NCBI RefSeq assembly: GCF_009914755.1
Contig: NC_060933.1
From: the human T2T-CHM13v2.0 reference genome, Homo sapiens
Direction: 5' to 3' (one strand)
Length of the DNA stretch: 64,000 bases
Each line of letters begins with the position of its first letter. Position 1 is the stretch's first letter. The notes under the pieces were generated by a model. It was not told where the DNA came from. It searched no databases and saw only the letters and a program-made list of their open reading frames with translations. This document shows positions 29,321-42,800 of the stretch, piece after piece. The position numbers and the translations under genes were made by a program.

Positions 29321-30006
29321 TAAATCAGACCATATTTTGTTATCCATTAAAATAATTAAACATGTAAAAGCATCTTTTGAGAAAAAGTCAATAGTAGCAT
29401 TGTTTCACCTAAAAATCACGTAAACAGTAAAGTTCAGAACACAGCGTTCTTTTAAATGAGAAATACGGCAGAGAGAAAAGAAACATTATCTAACTTCACC
29501 TTTTAGAAAGTAATTGAAGTCAAATTTCATGGTAACAAGCATTTACCTACTATTCAGGTGCACACTTAAATATATAAAACCTAACACCTTGTGGTTAGGC
29601 AGATGTTATTCCCATGTTGTTTAAGGTGTCATGGACCACTTTGTATATGTGAACAGTGGGAACACTTACTTGTAATTCCTAATAAATTATTCATATTTAA
29701 CTTAATGGTGAGTGCATGCATGCTACTCAGTAAATGCCTTTTTGAATGAATTAATGATCAAATGATAAAGCCATTAATTATTGCATAGACATGTCACCTT
29801 TGAAAAACTAGCTTTACTCAAAGATTGATCATATGTCTATTTTTTTAACCAAGTAACTTTAAAAAGAACCCAGGAAATATTTATTTTAATTAGAATTGTA
29901 AGTGAAAAATACAACCAATGAAATTTTCTAGCACGAAATATTGAAAATACCACAAACCTGTAACAACAAAAAGTATTCAGTGTATTTTCTTATTAAAAGC
30001 ACTATA

Positions 30007-30324
<318 letters not shown>

Positions 30325-30829
30325 CTATAAGCCACATATTGATTCCTTAAAAGATAAATGACAATATCCTTGTACCAACTGATGCATCCAATTAGCTAGC
30401 AAATAAACAAGTTCCTTACATAGAGCTTCTACATCATAAGAGACGAATAGGAAAAGTGTGAAAATGAACTTAAAAGAAAAAAGTTTACTCAGATTATCCC
30501 AACTCCCAGTCCAAAAAGAATATTGCCCAAAGAGACATTTCTCCAATCATCACTTTAGTATTTAAAAAGTTGAGATTTTAGTGCACTTATAATTAAACTA
30601 CTTTTTTTTAATCCAACAGTCTTTGGACAGCAGCATATCATTTTGTCAGAAATTTGGATTTCATTTCTCATCAGCATGCCCACATACACACACACACCTG
30701 CACACCGAAAAGGAATCTGAAGTTTGTAAAAAGGTTAACATCAGTGTAAAGAGCAAGCGCACTTAAATAATTCAGAACTTATATAAAAACATCTACACAT
30801 TAGTAACATTTTATTTAAAAAGAAAGCAA

Positions 30830-32905
30830 TCAACTTCCATTGCAAGAAAGTGGAAATAGATTTCTCAAACATCAATGCTAAGTAAAACCAAAAACCCTGC
30901 ACATTATATACAAAACAAACATAGTAAGGCTCTGAAAGTTGGGAAGAAGGCTGACAGCAAAGGTCCATGGGACCTAAGAAACAACACAGTGGGGAGTTTC
31001 CTGGGTTTTTATTTTGCCACATATAGCCCAGACACAGACCTTAAGAATTCCCAAAACATCAAAACAAAACAAAACAACCCACAAACGCCCTGAAGGACTA
31101 GGGAAGGGGCAATCTAGCAAGACAGGAACATTTTAGATATTTTCTATACACCTGCTCAATTCCACAGAGAAAAATGTGACCCCACCCTTCCAATGCCTGC
31201 AAAGGCCAAGTGGGGACCTTGAACTTGGACCCTCGCCAGGCTATATGTTGCCTACTTTCTTGCTAGGGTGGGGTAGGAGAGGGCCTAATTAGGAAGCTTC
31301 AATTTTCAGCTTTACTGGGCAGTAACAAGGCTATGCAGTGAAGACTATGTGGGGAACCTGGATTTCTACCCTCATCCAGCAGTAAGAAGGTGCCCCTCTA
31401 CTTTCATGCTGGGTGGGTTTCAGAGGAGACCTAGTAGAGTCAGAGCTTTCTACAATCAAGCAGTAACAAGGACAATACCCATGGTCTCAACAAGATCATA
31501 TGAAGAGAAGTAACAAGGTATTCCTACCCATCACAGTCAAGATATTATCCATGGAGGTCTAGTGGGAAGCCAGAGCTCCCACTCTGGCACTGAATAATGA
31601 AGAACCCTTACCCCCACTGGTGTCAACAGAGGCTGAGTGGGAAACCTGGACTTTTATTCCACACCTAGCAATAATAAAGTGGCACTCTCCCACTTCCTTT
31701 GCTACAACAGTGTCAGAGAAAAACAAATAATACCAAGTATTTTGGATATGTTGCAGAGTTTTGTAACATAATATCCAGAATAAAAAATTATCTATCATAC
31801 TAGAAACAAAGAAAATTGCGAGTTGAATAAAAAAGACACCAAAGTGTAGATAAGAAAGAGATGTTAGAATTATCTGACAAAGATTTTAAAGCAGTATCGT
31901 AGTCAGTTCAGTTTGCTATAGTGGCTTCTAACCAACAAACATTTGCTTCTAATAATTCTGGAGGCTGCAAAGTCCAAGATCATGACATTGATAGATTCAG
32001 TGTCTGGAGATGTTCTATTCCCAATAAATGGCACCTGCACACTGCATCATACACAACAGAATGGGCAACGCAGCTCTCTGGGGTCTCTTTTACAAAGGCA
32101 CTAATCTCATCATGTGCACTCCAACCTCATGATCTAACCAACTTCCAAAGGCTCCACCTCTAAGTACTGTCAGCCATCCATTCAACATATGAATTTTGGG
32201 GAACCACAAACATTAAGACTATGGCAAGCAGCCATCATAAAAACGCTACAACAAGCAAATATGCACATACTGGAAACAAATTAAAAAACAGAAACTTTTA
32301 GCAATAAAATATTGTCTCAGTAGAGAAATATGACATCAGTAAGAACCAAATGGAAATTTCAAAACTGAAAAAGACACTAACCAAAATGAAACACTCAACA
32401 AAAGGTGTGAACAGCAGAATGGAGGCTACAAAATAGTAAATAAGTGAAGATAGGAATAGAAATTACTCAATCTGAGCAACAGGCAAAAAATAGACTGCAA
32501 AAAGAAATGAACAGAACCTCATGGACCTATAGGAAGTGTATTAGAAACCTGCAGATTTAAAAAGCTTTATTTTAAACAGGATAAACACAATAAAATCACT
32601 GCAAGACATATTACAGTCACACTTGTGAAAACTAAATACAGATAAAATAGCTTGAAAACAGTGAGAGAGGAATGATATCTTACCTAGAAAAAATTCAAAC
32701 GACATTGGATTTCTCATCATAAACCAGAGGGCCAGAAATAAGTGGCACCATATGTTTTATTATTATTATTTTATAACATAAAGAAAATATTTAAGGCAAT
32801 TATATGATAAGGTAAGTAGAGGGACATAAAAGGGGGTAATATTTGTACAATGTATATTTTATTCAAATTGGGAAAATATCAAACCAGTTGATTATGACAA
32901 ATTAT
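30830..32905 (+). mobile_element. Old L1 (L1MC/MD-type) 5'UTR, ORF1 and inter-ORF remnant
   Basis: GATGTTAGAATTATCTGACAAAGATTTTAAAGCAG, GAACCAAATGGAAATT, GGATTTCTCATCA.AAACCA are L1M ORF1 motifs; upstream repetitive 5'UTR. Confidence 0.75.
31895..32226 (-). mobile_element. MLT1A-like LTR (MaLR) inserted in L1 ORF1
   Basis: TTCTGGAGGCTG.AAAGTCCAAGATCA...TTCAACATATGAATTTTGGGG..CACAAACATT; TSD AGCAG (31890-31894, 32227-32231). Confidence 0.85.
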
Positions 32906-32908
32906 GTA

Positions 32909-34017
32909 CACCCATGCACTGCATAAAAACATGTCAGTCAACAATGGACTGCATTAATTACAGTGGTCCCATAAGATTATAATGGAACTAAAAATTCCTA
33001 TCTCCTAGTGATACTGTAGCCATCATAACATCATAGTGCATAACATCATAGTGCAATGCATTAAACACGTTTGTTAGTGATGCTGGTAAAAACAACCTAC
33101 TGTGCTCCCAGTTGTATAAAAATATCACCCATACAATTATGTACACTACATAATACTTGAAACTGATAAGAAATAACTATCTTACTGGCTTATGTATTTA
33201 TTATACTATTCTGTTTTTCATTATTTAAGAATGTACTCCTTCTACTTGTTAAAAAAAAAAAAGTTAAATAGCCTTAGGCATGTCATTCAGTAGGCATTCC
33301 AGAAGAAGGTATTATCATAGGATATGACAACTCCTTGTATGCTACTGCCCCTGAAGACTGTCCAGTAGGACAAGATGTGGAGGTAGAAGATGGTGATACT
33401 GATGATCCCGAACCCCTGTAGGCCTAGGCTAACGTATGTGCTTGCGTCTTAGCTTTTAACAAAAAGCTGAAAGAGTAAAAATTAAAATAAATTTATCTTT
33501 AAGCAGAAATATGCTTATAGAATAAGAATATTAAATAGGAATTTTTTGGTACAGTTGTATAATGTGTGTTTTAAACTAAGCATTATCACAAAAAAACGAA
33601 GTTTAAAAATAAAAATTTCATAAAGTAAAAAAATGAAAGTAAACTAAGGTTAATTCATTACTGAAGACAAATCTTTTTATAAATTTAGTGTAGCCTAAGT
33701 ATAGAGTGTTTATAAAGCCTACAGTAGTGTACAGTAATGCCCTAGACCCTCACCTTCACTCACCACTCACTCACCAACTCACTCAGAGCAACTTCCAGTC
33801 CTGTAAGTTACATTTATGGTAAGTACCTTTTAGAGGTGTACCAGTTTTTATCTTTTATACTGCATTTTATGGTACATTTCCTACATTTAGATCTCTCTAG
33901 ATACACAAATACTTACTATTGTATTACGGTTCTTTATAGTATTCAGTATAGTAACATGCTGTACAGGTTTGTAGCCTAGGAGCAATAGGCTATAAACCAT
34001 ACGGCCTCATATAGCCT
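32909..34017 (+). mobile_element. Tigger3b (Golem/MER7B) DNA transposon, right end missing
   Basis: TA-CA.CCATGC...GTGGTCCCATAAGATTATAATGGA.CT.AAAAATTCCTAT...GGTTTGTAGCCTAGGAGCAATAGGCTATA. Confidence 0.88.
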
Positions 34018-35003
34018 GAAAATCTCCAAACATCTGGAAACTAAATGGCATACTTCTAAATATTTCATTGATCAAAAAGATAGTCTTTAAGAAAATTTTA
34101 AAATGCACCGAAAGTAACAAAAATAAAAAGTTAACATATCAAAATGTGTGAGACAAGGTTAAAGTAATGCTGAAATGGAAGTGTATAGCATGAAATAAGC
34201 ACATTAGAACAGAAGCAAAAATTCCAAGTCAATAATCTAAACTCCCACATTAAAACCTAGCCGGAAAGGAACACAATAAACCCAAAGCAAGCAGAAGGAA
34301 ATAAATAGCAAAGATTAAAGCAGAAACCGACAAAAGTTAAAAGAGTAAAACAAAAGAGAAAATAATTGAAACATATTACTGATTATTTGAAAGGAGTAAT
34401 AACACTGACAAATCTCCAACAATATGAAAAAAAAAGACAAGATAAATTACCCATATAATGAGTGTAAGATACATAACCATAGACACCGCCAACCTCAAAA
34501 GGTAAATAGGAAATCAAGAGACAACTCCACATAAATAAATTTGACACTAAGATATAATATACCAATTTTTAAAAAACTACAATAATTTACCTAAAATGAA
34601 ATAATTTGAATAGTCATATAAGTATTAAGGAATTTTAATTTATAATTTAGCCTCCTCCCTAACAAAAAATCTCCCAGCCACGATTATTTCACTAGAGAAT
34701 TCTATCAAAGTTTTTTTTTAATAATAGAAATTCTACACAATCTATTCCAGAAAATGGAAGAGGAGAGACACTTCCAAATTCATTTTATGAAACAAGTATT
34801 ACTCATGTATCAGTCAGTGTAAAAACTCCTGAGACAAAAAAGAAGCAGAGAAGAATTACATGTTGATTGAAATGTTCTGTGTCTTGACTGTATCAAGGTC
34901 AATATCTAGGTTGTGATATTGTACCACAGTTTTGCAAGGTATTACAATTGAGTGAAACTAGGTAAAAATGTTATCAATCCGTATCATTTCTTAAGACAGC
35001 ATG
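34018..35003 (+). mobile_element. L1 ORF2 fragment joined to an L1MC-type 3' end
   Basis: AATAAACCCAAAGCAAGCAGAAGGAA, CTTCC.AATTCATTTTATGA; 3' end TCTTGACTGTATCAA.GTCAATATC..GGTTGTGATATTGTAC. Confidence 0.8.
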
Positions 35004-35352
35004 CATGTTAGTCTGTTCTCACACTGCTATGAAAAAATACCCGAGACTGGGTAATTTACAAAGAAAAGAGGCTTAATTGACTTACAGTTCTTCGTGGCTG
35101 AAGAGGCCTCAGGGAACTTACAATTATGGCAAAAGTCTCCTCTTCACAGGATGGCAGGAAAGCGAATGAGTGCTGAGCGAAGTGGGAAGCCCCTGATAAA
35201 AACCATTAAATCTCACGAGAACTCACTCACTATCACAAAAACAGCATGGGGAGACCGCCCCCTTGATTCAATTATCTCCACCTGGTCTCGCCCTTGACCT
35301 GTGGGGATTATTACAATTCAAGATGAGATTTAGGTGGGGAACACAGCCAAAA
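35004..35352 (-). mobile_element. THE1C/D-like solo LTR
   Basis: TTAGTCTGTTCTCACACTGCTAT...CCCGAGACTGGGTAATTTA...GAGATTT.GGTGGGGA.CACAGCCAAA; both ends slightly damaged. Confidence 0.9.
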
Positions 35353-35405
35353 TGTATGTCCTGAGGTAACTCAGATAACTGAGTTACTTCAATTAACTCA
35401 AAACA

Positions 35406-36008
35406 TTAGGTTGGTGCAAACATAATTGTGGTTTTTGCATTGTTGAAATTTGCCATTTAATACTAGAATACATTCTTAAATAAATGTGGTTATGTTAAAC
35501 ATATTTTAATGTGCACTTCTCACTTTATGTTCTTTTGCAAATGACTTATTACTTGCTGTTTATATTTACTTTAGACTATGGAAATGATGTTAGATGAAAA
35601 GCAAATTCCAGTGATTTTCTGATTTGAGTTCAAAATGGGTCGTAAAGCAGCAGGGACAAATTGCAACATGGACAATGCATTTGGCCCAGGATCTGCTAAT
35701 GAACATATAGTGCAGTGGTGGTTCAAGAAGTTTTACAAGGAAGACGAGAGCCTTGAAGATGAGGAGTGTAGTGGCTGCCATTGGAAGTTGACAACAACCA
35801 GTTGAGAGCAATTATCGAAGTTGATCCTCTTATGATTACACGAGAAGTTGCCTCAGAACTCAACGTTGACCAGTCTATGGTCAGTCGGCATTTGAAGCAA
35901 ATTAGAAAGGTGAAAAAGTTCCATAAGTGTGTTTCGTCAGGTGAGTGAAAATCAAAAAATTGTCGTTTTGAAGTGCTGTTTTCTCTCATTCTACACAATA
36001 ATGACATT
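35406..36008 (+). mobile_element. Hsmar1 mariner transposon, 5' half
   Basis: Left TIR TTAGGTTGGTGCAAA..TAATTG.GGTTTT, 5'UTR and start of transposase; no right TIR. Confidence 0.95.
35578..36008 (+). pseudogene. Hsmar1 transposase pseudogene fragment (N-terminal DNA-binding domain and linker)
   Basis: MEMMLDEKQIPVIF*FEFKMGRKAAGT...NAFGPGSANEHIVQWWFKKF..EDESLEDEE; TGA at 35620-35622, later frameshifts. Confidence 0.9.
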
Positions 36009-36249
36009 CTTTTAAAAGGCCTTTTTATAACAGTCCATGTAAAGGACTAATGTCTCTACCATTTATACAATTATTGAAAGAATTGCTTGATTATATCTTA
36101 GAAATAATTTTATTTTATCCTCACCTTGCTCAAATGTAGATGTCAAGGATTTGAAAAATTAAGTACCTGACTGATAGCAGAGGTACAAGTCATCCAGTCA
36201 TTAATTGCTTCAACAACTATTTAGTGCCTACTACATGGCAGAGAGTGTA

Positions 36250-36296
36250 AACTATCTGGCCTTTTACGAAAAAAAAAAAAAAGTATGCTGACCTTG
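36250..36296. mobile_element. MER58-like terminal fragment
   Basis: ACTATCTGGCC.TTTAC.AAAAA...GT.TGCTGACC.TG. Confidence 0.5.
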
Positions 36297-37114
36297 AACT
36301 AGAAAAAGAAAAATATTTAGTATACTTTGAAAGCAAGTAATAGAGGAAATTACTGAAACTTTAAGAGTAAGTAAGCCTCATTAACACAAGTATATGGAGA
36401 ATATTAGAAGTGGCAGGTATTGGTATGATTTTCAGAAAATAGAGATTTATAGATATATATTTATGGGATAGAGATAGATTTAGGAATAAGCCATGAGATT
36501 TAACGATAGGGCTAAGGAAATTTTTTAATTTAAAGAAATTATAAACTAAGTATCTTGGAAGATAATAGCGTCCTTTGTACTCTGCCTTGTTTTTTAATTT
36601 TTTTGTAATTCTTTATTTTGTCTTCATTTTATGAGCTCAAGAATCTCTACAAAAGATACATTAGTAATAGCAATCAATTTCGATAACAATATTAGTTCAG
36701 AAATATTTTCAGTTTTAATTTAAAGCGGACAGAATCTCAGAATGCATGCTCTTGGGGGAAATAAGTTCCTACTGTTGGTATTTTCTAATATAAGTGAAAA
36801 TATATTGGAATTAGTTGTAAGAAACACAACATTAATTTTAAATTTTCATGATATATTTATGTTTCCTTTCCAAATTAATAAAGTACAGGTCATTTTACTT
36901 TGATATCCATTTACTTCAAGTCTATGCCTTAGCTACAATGGTGCAAGTAAATTTATGTAACAATATAATTTATTTTCATCTTTATAAGTACATTTAGGTA
37001 AATGTGCCTTATACAACTGTAGAGAATAAGTGCCCAAAGATACAGTTTTACTATTTTGAATATTATATAGCTAGACATGTGAAAAACAGACAGGTATGGC
37101 TTACTAGCAAAACG

Positions 37115-37203
37115 GCACATTCATTCATTATTTATACATGCAAAAATATTTATGGAGCATTCCTTGTGTTCCCAGTACTCATTTAGGCATTGAAGATGCA
37201 GAG
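37115..37203 (-). mobile_element. L2 3' end fragment
   Basis: CATTCATTCATT...AAATATTTAT.GAGCA..C.TGTG..CCAG.ACT...TAGGCA.TG. Confidence 0.6.
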
Positions 37204-37214
37204 TTGTACTAATT

Positions 37215-37378
37215 ATAAAGGGCCACAAGGAAACATTCAACGGTGCTGACTTTGTTCCTTACTCTGTCGTGATGCCTTCATGGGTATATAAAATATCAAA
37301 GCTTATCAATTAAGACAATTTCAGTATGTGTATTTTAGTGCCTATATGTTAACTATACCTCAATAAAGCTGTTAAAAT
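37215..37378 (+). mobile_element. L1MD/ME 3' end fragment
   Basis: CACAAGGAAAC.TT...TATACCTCAATAAAGCTGTTAAAA. Confidence 0.65.
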
Positions 37379-37384
37379 ATCCCT

Positions 37385-38320
37385 AAACTATAATTGCTGA
37401 ACTGCTGGAGGTCAGTATGAACAAGTCTAAGAGTTAAGAACTATGGGGGAAGGGGCAATCATAAGGGGTCCCCATGCTTTTGTGAGTCTTACCTCCAGAA
37501 GCTTGAGCAGGTTATCACAGTGAATATTGGAGAAAAATCCCCTTATGCTTCCAATAGTGGGAGGGGAAAATAAACCATTTTGATTTATGCCACAATATTC
37601 TCTTCTTCTTAGCAATTCTTGTCCTTAAAAGAAACTATTTTACTAGAGCCTAACTATTGGGGATTTTTATCAGAGCCTTACTGTCTTGGGGGAAGAAAAA
37701 TACCCTACTTTAAAAGCTTGCTTTAGCTTTTCATGTAAGGGAAAGGAAACATCTAAATTCAGCCCACTCTAGCCAACCTGCTCCAGCCAAGGGACAATGG
37801 AGTGAATGGAGAAATGGGACTGAGAAGCACTTGTAAAATTCACAATGCAGAGATTCAGACCCACTAAAAGAATGAGACCTAATCATAGGACTGTAGAATG
37901 TGTTCCCTCCTACCACATCTTACCACCACAATACTAAAGGACTGTTAATCACAGTTTCTGTTACCTGGTACATCATCTTTGGCTCTCATGAAGAAATTAC
38001 AAAGTATACCAAAAGGCAAAAAAATACACTTTGAAGAGACAAAGCAAGTATCAAACTAGACTCAGATATGATAGGGATGTTGGAATTATTCGCTTGAGAT
38101 TTTAAGATAATGATAAGTGACATGTTAAAGTCTCTAAGGAATAAAGTAGACAGCATACAAGAACAGAAAGGTAATGTAAGCATAGAGATGAAAATTCTAA
38201 GACAATATAAAAAAAGAATTGCAATATATAAAAACACTCTAATGGAAATGAAGAATGCCTATGATGAACTTATCACCAGACAGAACAAAGGTGAGGAAAG
38301 AATCTCTGACTTTAAGATAG
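37385..38320 (+). mobile_element. L1MC/MD-type 5'UTR and ORF1 start
   Basis: ORF1-like KVDSIQEQKGNVSIEMKILR...TLMEMKNAYDELITR. Confidence 0.75.
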
Positions 38321-38529
38321 CATTGCACACCCTATATATTTAGTTTTCGGTAATTTATATAATGCTTCAGGAATACAAAAAATATTGTTCTTAATCACAG
38401 TTTTTGTAAGACAAAAGTAAAATTTTGCTAGAATTCATTCTCATAATTTAACCAGAATCTTTAAATGTTTAGGAAATAGAAATATCTGTATTAAATAGTT
38501 GTGATGACAGCAAAATTTGGGTGATAAGC

Positions 38530-38645
38530 ATGCACACGCACATATAAATATACATGCACATACTTATATACATATATATGCCCATACATAAACATATATA
38601 TGTACATATACTCACATGTTGGTAAATGCATGTGTATATGCATAT
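38530..38645. repeat. (TA/CA/TG) low-complexity repeat
   Basis: Directly visible. Confidence 0.75.
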
Positions 38646-39660
<1,015 letters not shown>

Positions 39661-40937
39661 ATATGAAAATGCATTTCCATGTGTGTACATGTAAATGCAT
39701 GCATGTTTTCCTAGTCTCCCTTCAATCTTTATTCTTCATATTTTTAGTATCTTAATTGGTACCTATTAATCAGGATTGTACCCTATACTTTATCTTCCAT
39801 TGCTGACATCAAATTATTTTCCTTTTTTATTCAAATAAAATATGCTGCCTTAAGTGATTCAGCTTATTCAATTGCATATTAATAAAGCTGCTAATTAAGT
39901 CTAGCACATACTATCATAAATCAATACTTGGTAATTTTTTAAAACTTCTAATTTACTTTAAAATAAATGCCCATATTGCCATCATCTGAAATTTACACAT
40001 GATCTTATTGGTTTCAGAGATTTCGATCTATCTTATATATCTCTCTGAAAATACATCCACATTTAGCAGGAAAATTGCCCAAGAGAGTCATGTGCTCATC
40101 ACCAATCAGATGCAAATCACTCCTCACAAACTAATTTTTTAAGCTTTTCAGAACACAATTTCCCATTCCAGAGTTAAAAGCAGAAGGACAAGGTAGAAAA
40201 ACTAAACCAAGACCAATTATCCAATTACCTTTACCTTTAGGAATCATGTATTTACTTTGCTAAAGGTTTTATTCCTCGCTGCTTCTGTCACTTTTTGTAG
40301 ACCTGGTGGTCAGAGACTATATTTTCCTCTATCAAATACATTAGTTTAATATATAAAATAAAATAGAACATAACATATACATCAATGACAGATATTTTTA
40401 ATGTTTTTTTGTGAGCAGGCCTAACGTAATTAAAATTTCAATATTAAACACCTTCAAATCAAACAATGGTTGAAAACTAATCTATATGTCTTATAAATTT
40501 GTTTCTTCATTATTAACCTAGGCTTGGAGCTTAATAAGCCTTCCATAAATATATTGACTGAATGAATGATTGATGGTATTATCTAAAATCTAAAATGTCA
40601 TGAGAAGATTTTGTTAGCTGCGTAACATAAAATTGCCAGAATATTTTCTGCTCTCCAGCTTGACAGCAAGACCATTTGTATTCATAGGTAGAAGAACAAA
40701 AATTAATGTCACTTATGTAAACTTTGCAGATTTAAAATAACCAATATGCTTTTAGATGGCTAAAAATTCCGTACTTTAAAAAAATGTATACTTTTAAAAG
40801 GACTAAGAATGAAAATCCTTCTATGTCTAAATATGCCTATGAGTCTAAATAGCAAAAGCAATTTCAGACCAAGAACATGTAATCTTTAGTTAGGATTATG
40901 ATTATGACTAATTCTTCATTCTTTTGTTCTTTCCTGG

Positions 40938-41489
40938 TGTTACCAACTGGCCTAGCTTCAGAATGCATTTTAAAACTTTTTTTCTTGTCTCTGGTCTTAG
41001 CCTTGAAATGTACTTTTAAACCTTGTTTCCCTCCCTTCCCAACAAACACTCTCTTGCACTGTGCTAACTTATCTAAATATATGCTTGCTTGGAGATTGCA
41101 GGGGCTATTCCTGAAATAAACCAGGCCTGGAGACTCAGCTGCAGAATTCTTCCCCATCTAGGGATAACCTTAAGGTGGTTAATCTACAACCCAGCCATTG
41201 TTAAGATGGCACCAGTCTGCATTCCAGATTAACAATAACTTAAGATAGCCATCAGGACAAGACATATAGAACCTGCACCCTGCCCCACTCCTTCATTTTC
41301 ATTCGAAGTTTTCTTTCTTAAAACCCCTCACTAAGCCTAAAATTTGAGATGGTGTCTTGGAGGCCTTAGCCTGACCATCTCCTCAGCCACTGGCATTTGA
41401 TAAATAAAGTTGCTTTCCTTTCACCACAACTCACCTCTTGTATATTCAGCTTCTCAGGCGGTGAGGAGCCAGACTTGAGTTCAGTTATA
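40938..41489 (+). mobile_element. ERV1-class solo LTR (MER72-like, tentative)
   Basis: TGTTACC...GGCCTAGCTTCAGAATGCATTTTAAAAC...AATAAAGTTGCTTTCCTT...CAGTTATA; near-TSD CTGG/CTAG. Confidence 0.7.
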
Positions 41490-42079
41490 CTAGTAATTTG
41501 GTTCTCTAATGCCTCCCATCTGGCTGTTTACCCAGGGGCTTGGAATTATCTTATTTTATAAAGTCAATTACTTCTTTGTCCTGAGGAGCAACCCACCCTG
41601 ACACCATCAACTGAGCCTCATAGAGAGAGACTATTGAGCTAATTGAACAACATCTCTAGTGGTTACTAGTGATTTAATGTGCTTATTTTCCCAAATAACA
41701 TATTTGCATCTTAGTAGAAAAATAGAATGTCTTAGTGAAGAAATAAGAACTGTAATGGTTTCAGCTAGATTATGAATGCTAATCTACTTTAAAGTTCCTA
41801 GGAAAGATATAATTGTGTTTATTGAACAGAAAAATGTTACTCTTAATTATTTCAAAAATGTTTGGGGAAACCCATTCCTTTGCGTGGTCATTCTAATTAA
41901 AATGTGGATCCAAACATCTAGGCAAAAATTGTTTATTCAGTCAAGGCCAAATAACATATAGGAAGTAAAAATTTGGGGGGAATAAAGCTGTATTCTAAGC
42001 AATTAGTAGTTGAGTTAAAGTTATCACTTATTTATACATGTCTTTTCATTCCTGATTTTCAATTTTATCAGTTCCTTTG

Positions 42080-42469
42080 TTCCACTTTTGTAGACTCGTT
42101 AAAATTGACATACAATGAATGTGATGTATTTAACAGTTGTAGTTTGATGAGGTTTGATATATCCATAAACCTGTGAAACCATTACCACGAACAACATATT
42201 CATCACCTATCAAATTTCCATTTGCTGTTTTGCAATCTGTTCCCCTTCTTTCTACCCCATCAAAAATTCTCTGATATCTACTGATCTGCTTTGTCACTAG
42301 GGATTATTCTGCATTTTCCAGATTTTCCCCAAACTAGAATCAGGCAGTATATAATAGGTTTGACTAAATAATCTTACTCAGCACAATTATTTTGAGTTTT
42401 ATTCATACTGTTTTATGTACCACTAGTTTATTCCTTGGTGTGACTGAGTCGCATTTCATTGAATTAATA
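42080..42469 (-). mobile_element. L1MD/ME 3' end, continues at 48186-48375 beyond the provirus
   Basis: AAAATTGACATACAAT...CTGTGAAACCATTACCAC...CTGATCTGCTTT.TCACT; resumes TTTGTTCATCTA.TCAC...TTGATGGA.ATTTG. Confidence 0.75.
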
Positions 42470-42800
42470 TGTTGCAGGACTTTCTCTTTAGTTCAGCTAA
42501 AAACCTGGTTCTTGTCACACCACCAGGAAAGATGAGGCTCACAGACACTTTGAAGCGTGAGGGGGTTACAGAATCTAATGGGCAAAAAGGTAAAAGGAAA
42601 AACAACACAGCAAAGTGAGAGCGGTTCCTGTTAACAGGCCCCCACCTCACAGATTGAATCCCAGGTTACTTCACAGGGTCAGGAGAGGCCAGGCTCCTCC
42701 CCTCTGCAAATGGTGTGAACTTCCCTAGGCTCCACCCCATCCTCCCACTGTGTGGGCCAGTTGAAGATTCTGCAGGGAGCCCTTTTTATTGGATGTCTCA
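42470..42800 (-). mobile_element. MER61-type 3' LTR
   Basis: 331 bp TGTTGCAGGAC...TGTCTCA; adjacent polypurine tract (minus GGGGAGGAAA, 42801-42810). Confidence 0.88.

Noticed and set aside
35578-36008. SETMAR exon or active transposase
   Set aside because: Stop at codon 15, frameshifts, no catalytic domain, no SET exons nearby
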